Source: an uncultured Planctomycetota bacterium
Lineage (GTDB): Bacteria > Planctomycetota > Planctomycetia > Isosphaerales > Isosphaeraceae
Length of the DNA: 64,000 bases
Direction of reading: 5' to 3'
NCBI GenBank assembly: GCA_963823665.1
Contig: CAWGMQ010000008.1
Location: 128,001 to 192,000 of the forward strand
Part shown: in pieces, positions 1-9,880 of the stretch
Layout: each line of letters starts with the position of its first letter
How positions within the stretch are numbered: the first letter of the stretch is position 1
Program-made: the position numbers and the translations under genes
The notes under the pieces: generated by a model
The model's input: only the letters and a program-made list of their open reading frames with translations
What the model was told of the DNA's origin: nothing
The model's database searches: none

Positions 1-1014
1 CAAGCTCTGACCCGGTTCCTGCAGCTTGACGACTCGCGTTTTCTCGCGGTTGACGGTGAGCCGAAACCGTCCCTCTAACAGATTCTCGATCCAGTGAATC
101 AATTGCTGAGATTGATAGCGTGCCAGGACCACAAAGTCATCGGCATACCGCACGAGTTTGGCGTTGGCCCAGCGACCAGGTCCGTCGAAACGATAAAACA
201 GCTTCTCGAACCAATGCAGGTAGAGATTCGCCAGCAACGGTGAAATTACTCCACCCTGCGGCGTCCCCTGTTTCGGCCGAGTCACTTTAGTCTTACCGTG
301 TTCGTCGGTCTCGATGACTGGGCTTTCCAGCCACATGCGGATCAGCGTCAGCACGGAGCGGGCGGCAATCCGTCGTTCCAGGCACTTGATCAATGCATCA
401 TGTGGAATTGTGTCGAAGTACGATTTCAGATCCGCGTCATAGATCTCGCGAAACCCGGAGGTAACATGCTGACGGATCGTGTCAATCGCTTGGTGAGCAT
501 TCCTTCCTGGACGAAACCCGAAGGAGCAGTTCAAGAAGTCAGCCTCAAAGATCGGCTCGAGTATCAACATGGCCGCCGTTTGGACGATCCGGTCTTTGAC
601 CGTGGGAATTCCCAGCGGTCGCATCCGGCCGTCCGGTTTCGGGATATAGACGCGTTTGACCGGCTGCGGACGATAGCGTTTGGTGCGAAGCTCTTCGTGC
701 AACTGCCGTATGTAGGCATCCCATGCAGGGTCATCCAATGTGACGAGGTCCTGACAGGTGACGCCGTCCACCCCGGCAGCGCCGTTGTGATTCAGCACCA
801 GGGTCGCCGCAATCCGCAACACGTCTTCCCGATAGATCCGGTCGTACAGAGCGTAGAACCGGAACTTCGGCTCCTGCTTGGCCTTTTGACCTAGCTTCTT
901 TCTCAGTTCAGAGACTTTCGGCGGTAGCAGGACCCCAGACTTCACTTCTGGCTCAGCCAGTTGTTGGTCCCAGGTCAGGCCACCGTGTTCTTCCGTAGTG
1001 GGACGTTTGTCCAA
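1..1014 (-). CDS. ltrA: Group II intron reverse transcriptase/maturase (partial; absent from the ORF track)
   Basis: Manual translation: TTG start at 1014 after GAGGAG; ...[23 protein letters not shown]..., [20 protein letters not shown] and LVRYADDF motifs. Confidence 0.92.
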   Translation of the reverse strand, partial: MDKRPTTEEHGGLTWDQQLAEPEVKSGVLLPPKVSELRKKLGQKAKQEPKFRFYALYDRIYREDVLRIAATLVLNHNGAAGVDGVTCQDLVTLDDPAWDAYIRQLHEELRTKRYRPQPVKRVYIPKPDGRMRPLGIPTVKDRIVQTAAMLILEPIFEADFLNCSFGFRPGRNAHQAIDTIRQHVTSGFREIYDADLKSYFDTIPHDALIKCLERRIAARSVLTLIRMWLESPVIETDEHGKTKVTRPKQGTPQGGVISPLLANLYLHWFEKLFYRFDGPGRWANAKLVRYADDFVVLARYQSQQLIHWIENLLEGRFRLTVNREKTRVVKLQEPGQSL

Positions 1015-1504
1015 GCGGATCTCCTCACTTCTGATGAAGCGTGAATTTGGCAGGGGTCCTTTGCTCCACGGTGGTTAGCCGTATCGTCGCTACTACGACC
1101 CCCTCCGACTCCCGGCCAGGCCGCACGGCGGTTATGGTTTCCCGTCGGTCGTTGGTCAGAGATCACTTCCAGATCTCAGACCGCCAAGCCGGGCCTCTCA
1201 GGTTCCTCACTGATCTGTCGACGCCCGCCATCCCCTCTCACCCCGGGTAGCCCATCCGCTGCACGTGCTCGTTGCTTCACGGATGGTGTCAGGTTTCGGC
1301 ATCTTCGGAAGATTGACCACCACCACTGGTTTATCGAGGCCGAAACGGGTTCACGCTTTCGCATTACGGCTGACGTCTTCGCGTTCTCGGGCTCCGACGG
1401 CGCGGTTGCCCGCACCGCCGCCGAGTCGGCTTCATGGTGAACGAGCAATTGCCATGGGCAGTTCCTTTCAACTGTCGAGATCAGCGAGACTTAGCCTGAC
1501 GCAC
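1..1504 (-). mobile_element. Group II intron, 5' portion (runs off the left edge)
   Basis: Minus strand starts GTGCGTCAGGC at 1504, matching the GUGYG 5' splice consensus. About 490 nt of non-coding sequence follows, then an RT/maturase ORF. Confidence 0.85.
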
Positions 1505-1711
1505 CGAAGGTAACGAAGAGGGAGACGCGAGCGGAAAACTTGGCTAAGCATGGACGGTGGGCTCATGGTCTTGGAGAAGATCTGAGAGCGAACGGCGAGT
1601 CAGCAAGAGCTTCGTTCGCCCGAGAACAAAGACGGTGGGCCAGCGCTTGCGTCTCGTTTGCGTGGTATCATCAGCGCGTTAACGCATCATTTTGTCGCGA
1701 GGAGCAATTTG

Positions 1712-2320
1712 ATGAACCCGCACCGCACACTGTCGTATCAGATCCAGGAATGCCGTCGGCTGGCGTCGTACTTGATTGATGGCGTCCGGGTTTACTCGGA
1801 CCGGGAGATCGCCGAGAGGCTCGGGGAGGACGAGGCGTGGGTTGCCGGCGTGCTTTACCCCGATCGTGTTCCAGCCGCGCCGCCGGTTGTCCCGGTTCCG
1901 ACCAACGGGCCGGTCCGTCCGGTGTGGGATCGGTACGACGCGGGTCGGCCGTCGGTGGGGACAGTCAATCCCATCGGAGTGCCGACGACTATGGTTTTTG
2001 ACAATCCATCGCTCGTTCGAGGCAATGGCAGCTTCGGGAATCAGCAGGTATGGTACCGATACGACGCGACTCCGCGGCCGGCCACGGCAGATTGCCTTGG
2101 AACACCCACCACGATGGCTTTCGACGGCCCATCGCACTATCGAGGGAACGGCGGCTCCAGCAATCGGCCGGTGTGGGATCGGTACGACGAGGGTTCGGCG
2201 CGGCTGGCGATCGTGAATCCCCTCGGCGCGCTGACAAACATGGTTTACGACGCTCACCCTGACCAAACTCGGATAGTCCTCTGGACGACACGCGGGAAGC
2301 CGAATGACCCGGCGACTTGA
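1712..2320 (+). CDS. Hypothetical protein with a possible N-terminal HTH and three about 41-aa repeats resembling YD/RHS repeats
   Basis: GAGGAG RBS before ATG 1712. Repeated VW(D/Y)RYD...NP(I/L)G..T(T/N)M(V/A)(F/Y)D units. Exact 22-bp DNA repeat at 1919-1940 and 2168-2189. Confidence 0.55.
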   Translation: MNPHRTLSYQIQECRRLASYLIDGVRVYSDREIAERLGEDEAWVAGVLYPDRVPAAPPVVPVPTNGPVRPVWDRYDAGRPSVGTVNPIGVPTTMVFDNPSLVRGNGSFGNQQVWYRYDATPRPATADCLGTPTTMAFDGPSHYRGNGGSSNRPVWDRYDEGSARLAIVNPLGALTNMVYDAHPDQTRIVLWTTRGKPNDPAT

Positions 2321-2460
2321 TCGAGCCCGACGGGGCGTTCGAGACCGAAGCCGTACTTAACCCAGCGGATTGCGTCTTAATTTGGCCGGGCAATGCGTCC
2401 TGATCGACACGGGACGGCGGCTCGGAGCGGGAGCGCGGTGGGGTATTGATCGGGGCGCGG

Positions 2461-2855
2461 CTAGGGCGTCGTTGCGGCGACCGAAGGCGGATAGACGTAC
2501 ACGCCGTCCACGCTCGTCCCGCCGAAGCTTCGATCGCTGAATCGTGTTGGAACTCTGCCGGGAAACCGCTGATCTCCATAGCGGCTTGGGCCATCGGATG
2601 GGTCGTCGGGATTAGCTTGACTTGCATAGCATCCAACCCGCGGCTCGCCATCTCCCAGGCCAGTCGTAAGACCTCTTGATACCCTGCGCCCTGGTCGCCG
2701 GCGCGGAATTGGTCCGAGGCAATGTGGAGATACCACGGTCCCCCGTCACTGTCCTTGGCCCAAAACGCGGCCTGTAACGGGAAGGACTTCTCAAGTTGCC
2801 GGACCAGGTCCGCTCCCGCATCGATTTCTTCGGTCACCAGTGGCGCTTGATCCAT
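2461..2855 (-). CDS. Hypothetical protein (one apparent frameshift near 2570)
   Basis: MDQAPLVTEEIDAGADLV...AAFW...WYLHIAS continues in a second frame as ...FGGTSVDGVYVYPP-stop 2461. Confidence 0.55.
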
Positions 2856-2874
2856 GGGAGTACTCGGTTACGAA

Positions 2875-3111
2875 TTATTTTGTTCGGGTAGGAATTGCCC
2901 GAAATACGTCGCCGACCGACTTGAGGTAGGCGACATCCCCTTTCTCGGCGCGTCGTGCGACCTCGTCGAGCCAGCGGACAGTGGCCGGCTCCAGACACGG
3001 TTCGGATGGATCACCGGCAGGATAAATGACGTCGACCTCAACCTCGACGGCATATCGACCGCGACGCACCCAGCGCTTACGCTTCTCCCGGCGTTCAAAC
3101 AGCTTGCCCAT
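2875..3111 (-). CDS. Small hypothetical protein
   Basis: 78-aa ORF with protein-like composition (GRYAVEVEVDVIY...WLDEVARRAEKGD), co-oriented downstream of the DGR. Confidence 0.5.
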   Translation of the reverse strand: MGKLFERREKRKRWVRRGRYAVEVEVDVIYPAGDPSEPCLEPATVRWLDEVARRAEKGDVAYLKSVGDVFRAIPTRTK

Positions 3112-3179
3112 TTCTGTATCATAGGCTCACCGGGCCCTCAGCGAAACAGTGCCTGGTGGCCTCGATCACGACGAGAAGG

Positions 3180-3341
3180 GAGAAGGCCGCACGGAGCGTT
3201 CGGCACGGTCATCCAACCGGCTACCAGCACCGTGCGGCCTCAGCGTCAGGTTTCACCGGCCGAAATCGGATCCGGCCAGTTCGGAAAACGACCTGTTCCG
3301 GCTGGGACTTCAGGGCCATTACTTGCCCGCCCGCGCGGAAT
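3180..3341 (-). ncRNA. Putative structured 3' spacer of the DGR template RNA
   Basis: 11-bp perfect stem 3184-3194/3230-3240 enclosing a GGUAG/CGAAC internal loop and an inner stem; further hairpins at 3256-3279 and 3282-3300; lies directly 3' of TR. Confidence 0.55.
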
Positions 3342-3465
3342 TCAGGGCCAGGCGGAACCCGTTATCGTTCGTGCGGTTCGTCGGGTCGTTCGTGTTGCGG
3401 TTCGCCGTCCGGCAATTCGCCGCGTCGTTGTCCCACCCGCCGCCACGGTTCACGCGGTTCGAGCC
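3342..3465 (-). repeat. DGR template repeat (TR)
   Basis: 124-bp ungapped match to 5149-5272; 18 mismatches, all at TR adenines on the sense strand. Reads GSNRVNRGGGWDNDAANCRTANRNTNDPTNRTNDNGFRLAL (AAC-rich). Confidence 0.97.
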
Positions 3466-4477
3466 TCTTGGGATCGTCCACCACGCCCTGTTCTAACACA
3501 GAGCGGCGAAATGTCCAGCTCATTGCCCCGCCGGCCTTCGCGAACGCGACCAACGCGGCCAGACGTTGCTGAAGAGCCGGCTCACTCAGGAATCCCAGGC
3601 GCTCTGCGCGCTCCAGAACCCGCACGCGCCGTCGCCAGCGACGTTTGCTCCTCCGGTTCAGCTCCACGTGAGTGGGCCAGATTCGACAACCGAGGAAGGG
3701 AACACCCGCAGCCGTTCGCCGCACTTCTCCCGGCTTGAACTCCAGGAGCAGGTGAGATGACGCGAAATCCGCGCATCGCCCGTGAAAATCGACCAGGCGC
3801 TTACGATTCGTGTCCCAGAGTACCAGATCGTCCATGTATCGCACGTACCCGCGAACGCGCAGCGTCACCTTCGCAAATCGATCAAGCCAGCCCAGATAGA
3901 AGTTCGCGAGGTGCTGTGACGTCAAGCTGCCGATCGGCAGGCCGATTCCCAGGTCGCCTCGATAGGCCCGGATGATCCGGTTGAACAACTCCAGGAGCCG
4001 CCGATCCTTGAATCGCATCGCGAGCAGATTGATCAGCCTGTCGTGCGAGACACTGTCGAAGTATTTCCGTACGTCGAGCTTCAGGAACCACTCGAACTTG
4101 CGGCTAAACTGATGCGCCCGATGAATGGCGGCCTCGCGCCCCTTGCCGGTTCGACAGGCGAACGTGTCATCGATGAGCCAGCGATCCATCACCGGCTCGC
4201 ATACGTTCATGATCGCGTGGTGCAGGACGCGTTCCTCGAAGCACGGCGCGGTGATCACGCGCTCCTTGGGGTCCCGGATCACGAATTGTTGAAATCGACC
4301 GACGCGAATCGAGCCGTTGCGAATCCCATCTGAGATCACCGCGATGCGCTCGTCGAGCCGTGACGCGAACTCCCGCACAATGGTCTGCCCGCGCCGGCCG
4401 CGGGCGGCCTTGTGGAACGCCAGGCGCAGATTCTCGAGCTCGGGAATTCGCTCAAAGAGGTTCGCCGCTCGGCGCAT
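3362..4477 (-). CDS. DGR reverse transcriptase
   Basis: 371 aa; RDPKERVITAPCFEERVLHHAI, GLPIGSLTSQHLAN (DGR-type SQ motif), YVRYMDD; no maturase or endonuclease extension. Confidence 0.95.
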   Translation of the reverse strand: MRRAANLFERIPELENLRLAFHKAARGRRGQTIVREFASRLDERIAVISDGIRNGSIRVGRFQQFVIRDPKERVITAPCFEERVLHHAIMNVCEPVMDRWLIDDTFACRTGKGREAAIHRAHQFSRKFEWFLKLDVRKYFDSVSHDRLINLLAMRFKDRRLLELFNRIIRAYRGDLGIGLPIGSLTSQHLANFYLGWLDRFAKVTLRVRGYVRYMDDLVLWDTNRKRLVDFHGRCADFASSHLLLEFKPGEVRRTAAGVPFLGCRIWPTHVELNRRSKRRWRRRVRVLERAERLGFLSEPALQQRLAALVAFAKAGGAMSWTFRRSVLEQGVVDDPKRLEPREPWRRVGQRRGELPDGEPQHERPDEPHER

Positions 4478-4940
4478 TTTGCCGGGGTCCCAGAGTCAAA
4501 AGCAGCGGGAGGAGCTGTGCCGCGTACTTATCGATCTTTCCGTTTCCAATGCCTTCGATTTGCGCCAGATCGCTTTTGGACTGGCAGCGGCGCTGCACCA
4601 TCTGCGCCAACTGCTCGTTGGTGAACAGTGTGTAGACTGGTACGGCTTCGGTCTGGGCCAGCTCCTTGCGAAGCGATCGCAACTGCGAAAAGACCGCGAA
4701 CTCCTCGGCTGACAATATCGCTTTGTAATCCACCCGGCTCCGCGACAGGTTCAGGTTGTGCCCGGTCTCGCCAGGCGCATGGCTCAGGTAGTCGATGCAG
4801 ATCGCCCATAAGGAGTTGACCCCCTGGTCGATCAAGCGCCGGTCTATCGACAAAACCTTGTGGCGAGCCAAAAAACCGTTCAGTTCGTGCTCGAAGGCGG
4901 CAGAATCGTTCACAGGAACCGTGAAGAAGCGCAATGCCAT
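4452..4940 (-). CDS. HRDC-domain DGR accessory protein
   Basis: ATG 4940 gives 162 aa. C-terminal FSQLRSLRKELAQTEAVPVYTLFTNEQLAQM...LAQIEGIGNGKIDKY is the HRDC pattern. Overlaps the RT start. Confidence 0.85.
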   Translation of the reverse strand: MALRFFTVPVNDSAAFEHELNGFLARHKVLSIDRRLIDQGVNSLWAICIDYLSHAPGETGHNLNLSRSRVDYKAILSAEEFAVFSQLRSLRKELAQTEAVPVYTLFTNEQLAQMVQRRCQSKSDLAQIEGIGNGKIDKYAAQLLPLLLTLGPRQNAPSGEPL

Positions 4941-4981
4941 CCTGCGGACCTCAGACGTACACCTAAATGAATCCGGCGCGG

Positions 4982-5001
4982 GCAGGGGGTTTACCCCCTG
5001 C
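4982..5001. other. GC-rich hairpin downstream of VR (candidate DGR target-recognition cruciform)
   Basis: GCAGGGGG-TAAA-CCCCCTGC on the sense strand: perfect 8-bp stem, 4-nt loop. Confidence 0.5.
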
Positions 5002-5107
5002 ACCCCCTTTTTCCCTGCCAAGATGCCACCCGCTCCGCCGTCGGCCTCCGGCCCCTCCGGTCGCGGCTCCGCTGCGCTCCCTACGGGCCTCCGCCCGACG
5101 GCTTCGC

Positions 5108-8100
5108 TTACTTGCTCTTGCCAGTCTCCGAGGCAGTCCCAGCCAGACTCAGGGCCAGGCGGAACCCGTAAACGTACGTGCGGTACGACGGGACGCCCGT
5201 GCTGCGGTGCGCCGACCGGCAATCCGCCGCGACGTCGCCCCACCCGCCGCCACGGGACACGCGGTCCGAGCCCGTAGCCGGCCCCGACGGATCGGACGCC
5301 AGCTTCGTATCGTAACCTTCGTACCAATCGTGCGTCCACTCATAGAGGTTTCCGTGCAGGTCGAACAGGCCGCGTCGACATGGCCGAAGCTCCCGCGGAG
5401 GATGGACGTGCTTGCCGCTGTTCTCCACGTACCATCCGAACCGGCCCAGCAGACTGGCGTCGCTTCCGAAGCCATAGGCCGTCCGCGCCGGCTCGAGCGG
5501 CCACTTCCCATTCCGCTTCCGTGGGTAGGCGAAACCCACGCCGGCCGGGCTCCGACGGCCAGTTGCGCGGTGCCCAGCTTGCGCTCGGGTTTGGCTCACG
5601 TGGATGCTTCTCGTTATTCAACGTCGCGGGGTCAGCGTACGGCTGGTCGCTCTCCGGCAGTCCCATCTGCTGCCCCAGCCAGCGGCAGAAGCCCACGCTG
5701 TCATACCAATCGGCAGCATACCCCGCGTCTTCCGGTTTCGCGTCGAGTTGCTGCATGTAGCCAGCATACGTGGGTTGGAACGCGATCAACTCCTCGAGGG
5801 TGACCTCCCTGTCCAGGAGCGCGAAGGGGCGTGTGAGCCGGACCGGGTGCCGCACCTCATCCTTCTGCCGTTGGGGCTTAGCGTCCGCGGACCCGATCAT
5901 GGAGTCCCCTGGCGGAAAGACGATGAAGGTGTAGTAGAACGTCTTGTTCGGCGCCGGCTTCGTGGGCGACGTCGGTTTCACCGTGATGCGCAGCGTGAAC
6001 CACTGGCGGTCTGGCGAATAAGGAACAGGGTTCTGATCCACCTGGCGGGCCAAGTCCGCCTGGCCCCATTGCCGCAACAGCCAGCCCGCGGCGCCATGGA
6101 CTCCTGAACTGGGGTCGTCGCGATACCAGGCTGCCAGCCGCTTGATCAGAGGGTCTCGACGCGACTCGGGAACGTCGGCCAGCGCGAACTCTCCCAGCGC
6201 CAAAAGCAGCGCGTACCGGGCGTCGCGCGGATGTCGATTGGCCGGACCGTTGTCGGGCTTTTCCAGGCAGTCCAGAAGCGCATCCGCCCCAACCCCGCGA
6301 GACCGGCAACGGAAGATGAACTGCGTCAGGGCTTCCGGATCATCGCTCACCTCGAAAACCGGCAGGATCTTTTCGCGCTCGCCCAGGCGTAAGAGCGTCA
6401 CCGCGGCGCCTGCGCGGCGCTGGCCGAACGCGACTCGCTCCACGGATCCCAGCGCCTCGGCCGGCTGAGTGGAGGCGATCTGGCTGAGCTGGTCGACCAC
6501 TGCCGGCGAGCGGCTCCCCGCGACAATCGGGTAGAGCACATCGAATTGCTCGGGGGTGGCGACGGCGAGCAGGCTGGTGAGCCGGGCTACGTCGCTCCCG
6601 GCAAAGTCGGCTAGCGCGTTGGCGGCGCCCAGTCGCTGGGCATCGCTCGCCCGCGCGTCTGCGAAGAGGCGCTCCAGATCCCCGACCAATCGTGCGCGAA
6701 TCGGCCGCAGCGCCTCACGGAGCAGCGGCTGGTACTCCGCGTTGGACGAGACAAGTTGCCCGGCGATGAACTTCACGTCCGCGGCGGACCACCACGCCTG
6801 CTCGGACGCGGGGATAAAATCGGCCAGAGCCAGCGCCGCGCGGAACCTCCGTTGCGTGTCGGATTTGTCATCGCGCAGCAGGCCGCGAAAGCGCTCCGTG
6901 AGACGGGCCGCCGAGGGACGAAGCAACGCACGGATCGGCAAGACGTAGGTCACCTTGCCCGTGAGCAATTCCTCCACCAATGGTTCCACCTGCGACGGAT
7001 CGCGGGAGACCATCGCAAGCCGCGCGTGGATCTGCCCCCGCTTCTCGTCCGGAGTCTCGGCCGTTCGGGCAACGAGCGAAGAGAGCAAGGGCATGGCCAC
7101 GCCAGGATTGGCGTCGAGCTGCTTCACGATGTCCGGCACCTGGGACGGCTCGGCGCTCAGCAGGCGGCCCACCAACCCCTCGACTCGGGTGGCCTCCTGT
7201 CGCGCCGCGACTTGATTGCGCAGGACGAGCCCGGCTGAGGCCACGGCGATCATTCCTGCCAGCGCCAAGGCGGAGCGCCAGCCGTGTGTTCGCGCCGCCT
7301 GGCGCATCATTTTCTGCTGGGTCTCGGTCCAGTGGGTGGAATCCGTCAGCGTGTGGATTCTTAGCCATTCAGTGAGCGACGGCAGATGGCGGCTTTCGGG
7401 CTTGGCGTTCCAGAGCGCGGAGCGCTCCGCCAGCTTCAGCTCGGCGCGACCACGGCGTGTCTCCTTTTGTTTTCTGGTCAACCAGTCGCGAAGCGAGGGC
7501 ACGAGGTAGTCATGCGTAAGCTGATAATACCGACCTCCCGGGGCCGCGGTCGTTTGCTCTGCTCCCGGGCCTTCCGGATCGGTCGGAGTGATCAACCGAA
7601 GCTCGCTGTCGAGGATGTGCAGCACCTCGTGGAAGTCTCGGGGCCGGGCTGCGTTTCCAGCGGCGGCTTGCAGCTCTTGTTCGGACCTCATCTGGCCCTT
7701 GATGTCGGTGCCCGATTCCGGCAGCAGCGCTTTCGAGCACGGCCTGCGCCGCCTTCTGGTGCATGCGATGGCGGGGATTCGCTTGAGGCGAGACGAACGT
7801 TTCCTCGAGAAACGTGACGCCGACGCCCGCCGCTCCCCCCACTTCTCGCAGCGTGGCGGGCGTCCACTGTTTCGCTTTCATCATCTCGGCGAAAAGTGCT
7901 AGCCTCACCGAGACAACCTTCTTGCCCTGCGCCAGCTCTGCGATTGCCTGGTCCAGGAATTGCCGCTGGTCCTTGCTGATCTCCCGGCCGTTCTCAGGCA
8001 GGTTCCCGAGGGCCGCTCCGAACGCCGTGAGCACTTTCGTGGCGTGCCGCGTATCGAAGAGATCGACCAGGGCGGTGTTGTGGCCCTGGATCAGCTCCAC

Positions 8101-9686
8101 TTCCAGGTCGGCGAGAAACCGGCTCACCGCCAGCCAGAAATCGTCGCGCACCAGCACGATCGCCTGCACACGCTCGCCGTCGCACTGGCGCAGGGCGGCG
8201 ATCAGCTCCGAATCGTCGTCGCCGCGCCGGGCGTGCAGCCACTGCTCGAACTGGTCGATCACGAGCAGGAGCTTGCGGCCTGCGCCGAGCACGCGGCCCT
8301 TGCGCACCAACGCCAGTGAATCCACCAGGCCTGCGTCGTCGGGCAGGGCGGGGCAGGCCTTCTTCAGTCTGGTCAGGAGCCTCTGCTCCGTGTCATCGGC
8401 GGTCGCCTCGATGTGCACCGAGCGTACGTGCGCCGCCAGCCGGGGCAAGAGGCCTGCTTTCAAGAGTGATGATTTGCCGCAGCCGGATGGGCCATAGATC
8501 AGGCCGACGCGAAAGGTTTTTTCCGGGTCGATCGTCTCGATCTGCGTCTTCCAGAAGCGGATGCTTTCGGGCAGGCCGTCGCGGTTTCTGGGGCCGGGAA
8601 GCAGCTCGAGGAAGAAGTCGGCGTCGTGCTCGTCGAACGAGCGCAGACCCTTGGGCACGATCTTGATGGGGCGTTGATTTGAATCTGAGGGTACAAGCGG
8701 CGAAACCGGAGAGATCGCCTCGGGCACCGGCTCAGGCCGTGGGCGCGTCACAACTGGCGCTGCTGGCAGACCTGCTGGCACTGTCTTGACGAAATCGTGC
8801 AGGTCCTCGGCCATGTCGCGGGCCGTGGTGTAGCGATCGGCCGCCCGCTTCGCGAGGGCCTTCAGGCAGATACGCTCGAGCTCTTTGGGAATCGTGTCAT
8901 CGACCTGTCGGGGCGGGCCGGGTCTGCGCTCTTGATCTGATCGACCAGGTCGGCGATCGAGTCGGCCTTGAAGGGACGGCGGGCGGTCAGCAGCTCGTAG
9001 AACACGACGCCGAGGCTGAAGATATCGGAGCGGCCGTCGACGCGATGGCCTTCGCCTCGGGCTTGCTCGGGGCTCATGTACACCGGGGTGCCGGCCATTC
9101 CAGCGCGCTTGCCGAAATCTTCGTCCCGCAGCGCCAGCCCAAAATCCGCGACGCAAGGCTTTCCACGTTCGTCCAGCAGGATATTCGCGGGCTTGATGTC
9201 GCGATGCACAAGCCCTTTGGTATGGGCGTAGTGCAACGCATCGGCGACCGCGGCGACCAAGGCGGCCGATTCCTGAAACGGCGGCCGGCCCTGCAACATT
9301 CGCTCTTTCAGGTCGCTGCCCTGAAGGAATTTGGACACAACGTAGCACAGCCCATCCTCGGTGCGCCCGGTGTCCCACACGGGTACGATGTTCGGATGCT
9401 CGAGCTGTGCCAGGATCTTGGCTTCGGTGAGATACGATTCGAGATCTTCGGGCGCGGCGATTCGCTCGACGTTCGGCATCTTGATGGCCACGGCGCGATT
9501 CAGCTCGTTGTCATGGGCGAGATAGACTCGGCCGAAACCGCCTTTTCCGAGCAGCCTGATGACCCGGTAACGGCCGATCTTGGTCGGGTCGGTCGAGGGG
9601 AACGACTCGGGCAGGATCGAGGATATCGTTGGATCGAGTGGGTCGGATGGTTGTTGGTTTTGGTCCATCGTGGATACCGCGGACAT
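5108..9686 (-). CDS. DGR target: Ser/Thr kinase - P-loop (STAND-like) NTPase - hydrophobic helix - helical repeats - FGE-sulfatase/CLec domain, about 1520 aa, split by three 1-nt frameshifts (near 8915, 7735, 5487)
   Basis: LGKGGFGRVY, VAIK, HRDIKPANILL, DFGLA, GTPVYMSPEQ; GPSGCGKSS and LLVIDQFEQ; FRLPTEAEWE, GLFDLHGNLYEWTHD, RGGGW...GFRL. ORFs 8862-9686, 7510-9378, 5340-7691 and 5108-5599 join end to end. Confidence 0.88.
5149..5272 (-). repeat. DGR variable repeat (VR) at the 3' end of the target gene
   Basis: Encodes GSDRVSRGGGWGDVAADCRSAHRSTGVPSYRTYVYGFRLAL; differs from TR only at TR adenines. Confidence 0.97.
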
Positions 9687-9880
9687 GGCTGGTGCGGATT
9701 GGGGCAGTTTTTACATGTGCGGGCATCGCCGTCGTACTGCGTGGCTCGGCACCAGTTTACCAGAGCGCGGCGGTGGACGCGCCGGCGCCGTGTTGTAGCG
9801 GGCACACGCCGTGTGCCGCCCGCACTTGGTTTCCGGACGAGACCCGGGTCTTCCACCGTGGCATCTCTGCGCCGTGCGCG

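Larger units (their letters stand above)
3180..9686 (-). mobile_element. Diversity-generating retroelement (target/VR - HRDC - RT - TR - spacer)
   Basis: All core components are present and co-oriented, with an adenine-specific TR/VR mismatch pattern. Confidence 0.95.

Noticed and set aside
298..894. 198-aa plus-strand ORF
   Set aside because: Antisense shadow of the group II intron RT.
3362..4477. RT as a retron, group II or Abi RT
   Set aside because: The SQ motif, its size and the adjacent adenine-specific TR/VR pair identify it as a DGR RT.
4941..5339. N-terminal extension of the 295-aa ORF 4452-5339
   Set aside because: It runs through VR and the hairpins in another frame; the HRDC protein plausibly starts at 4940.
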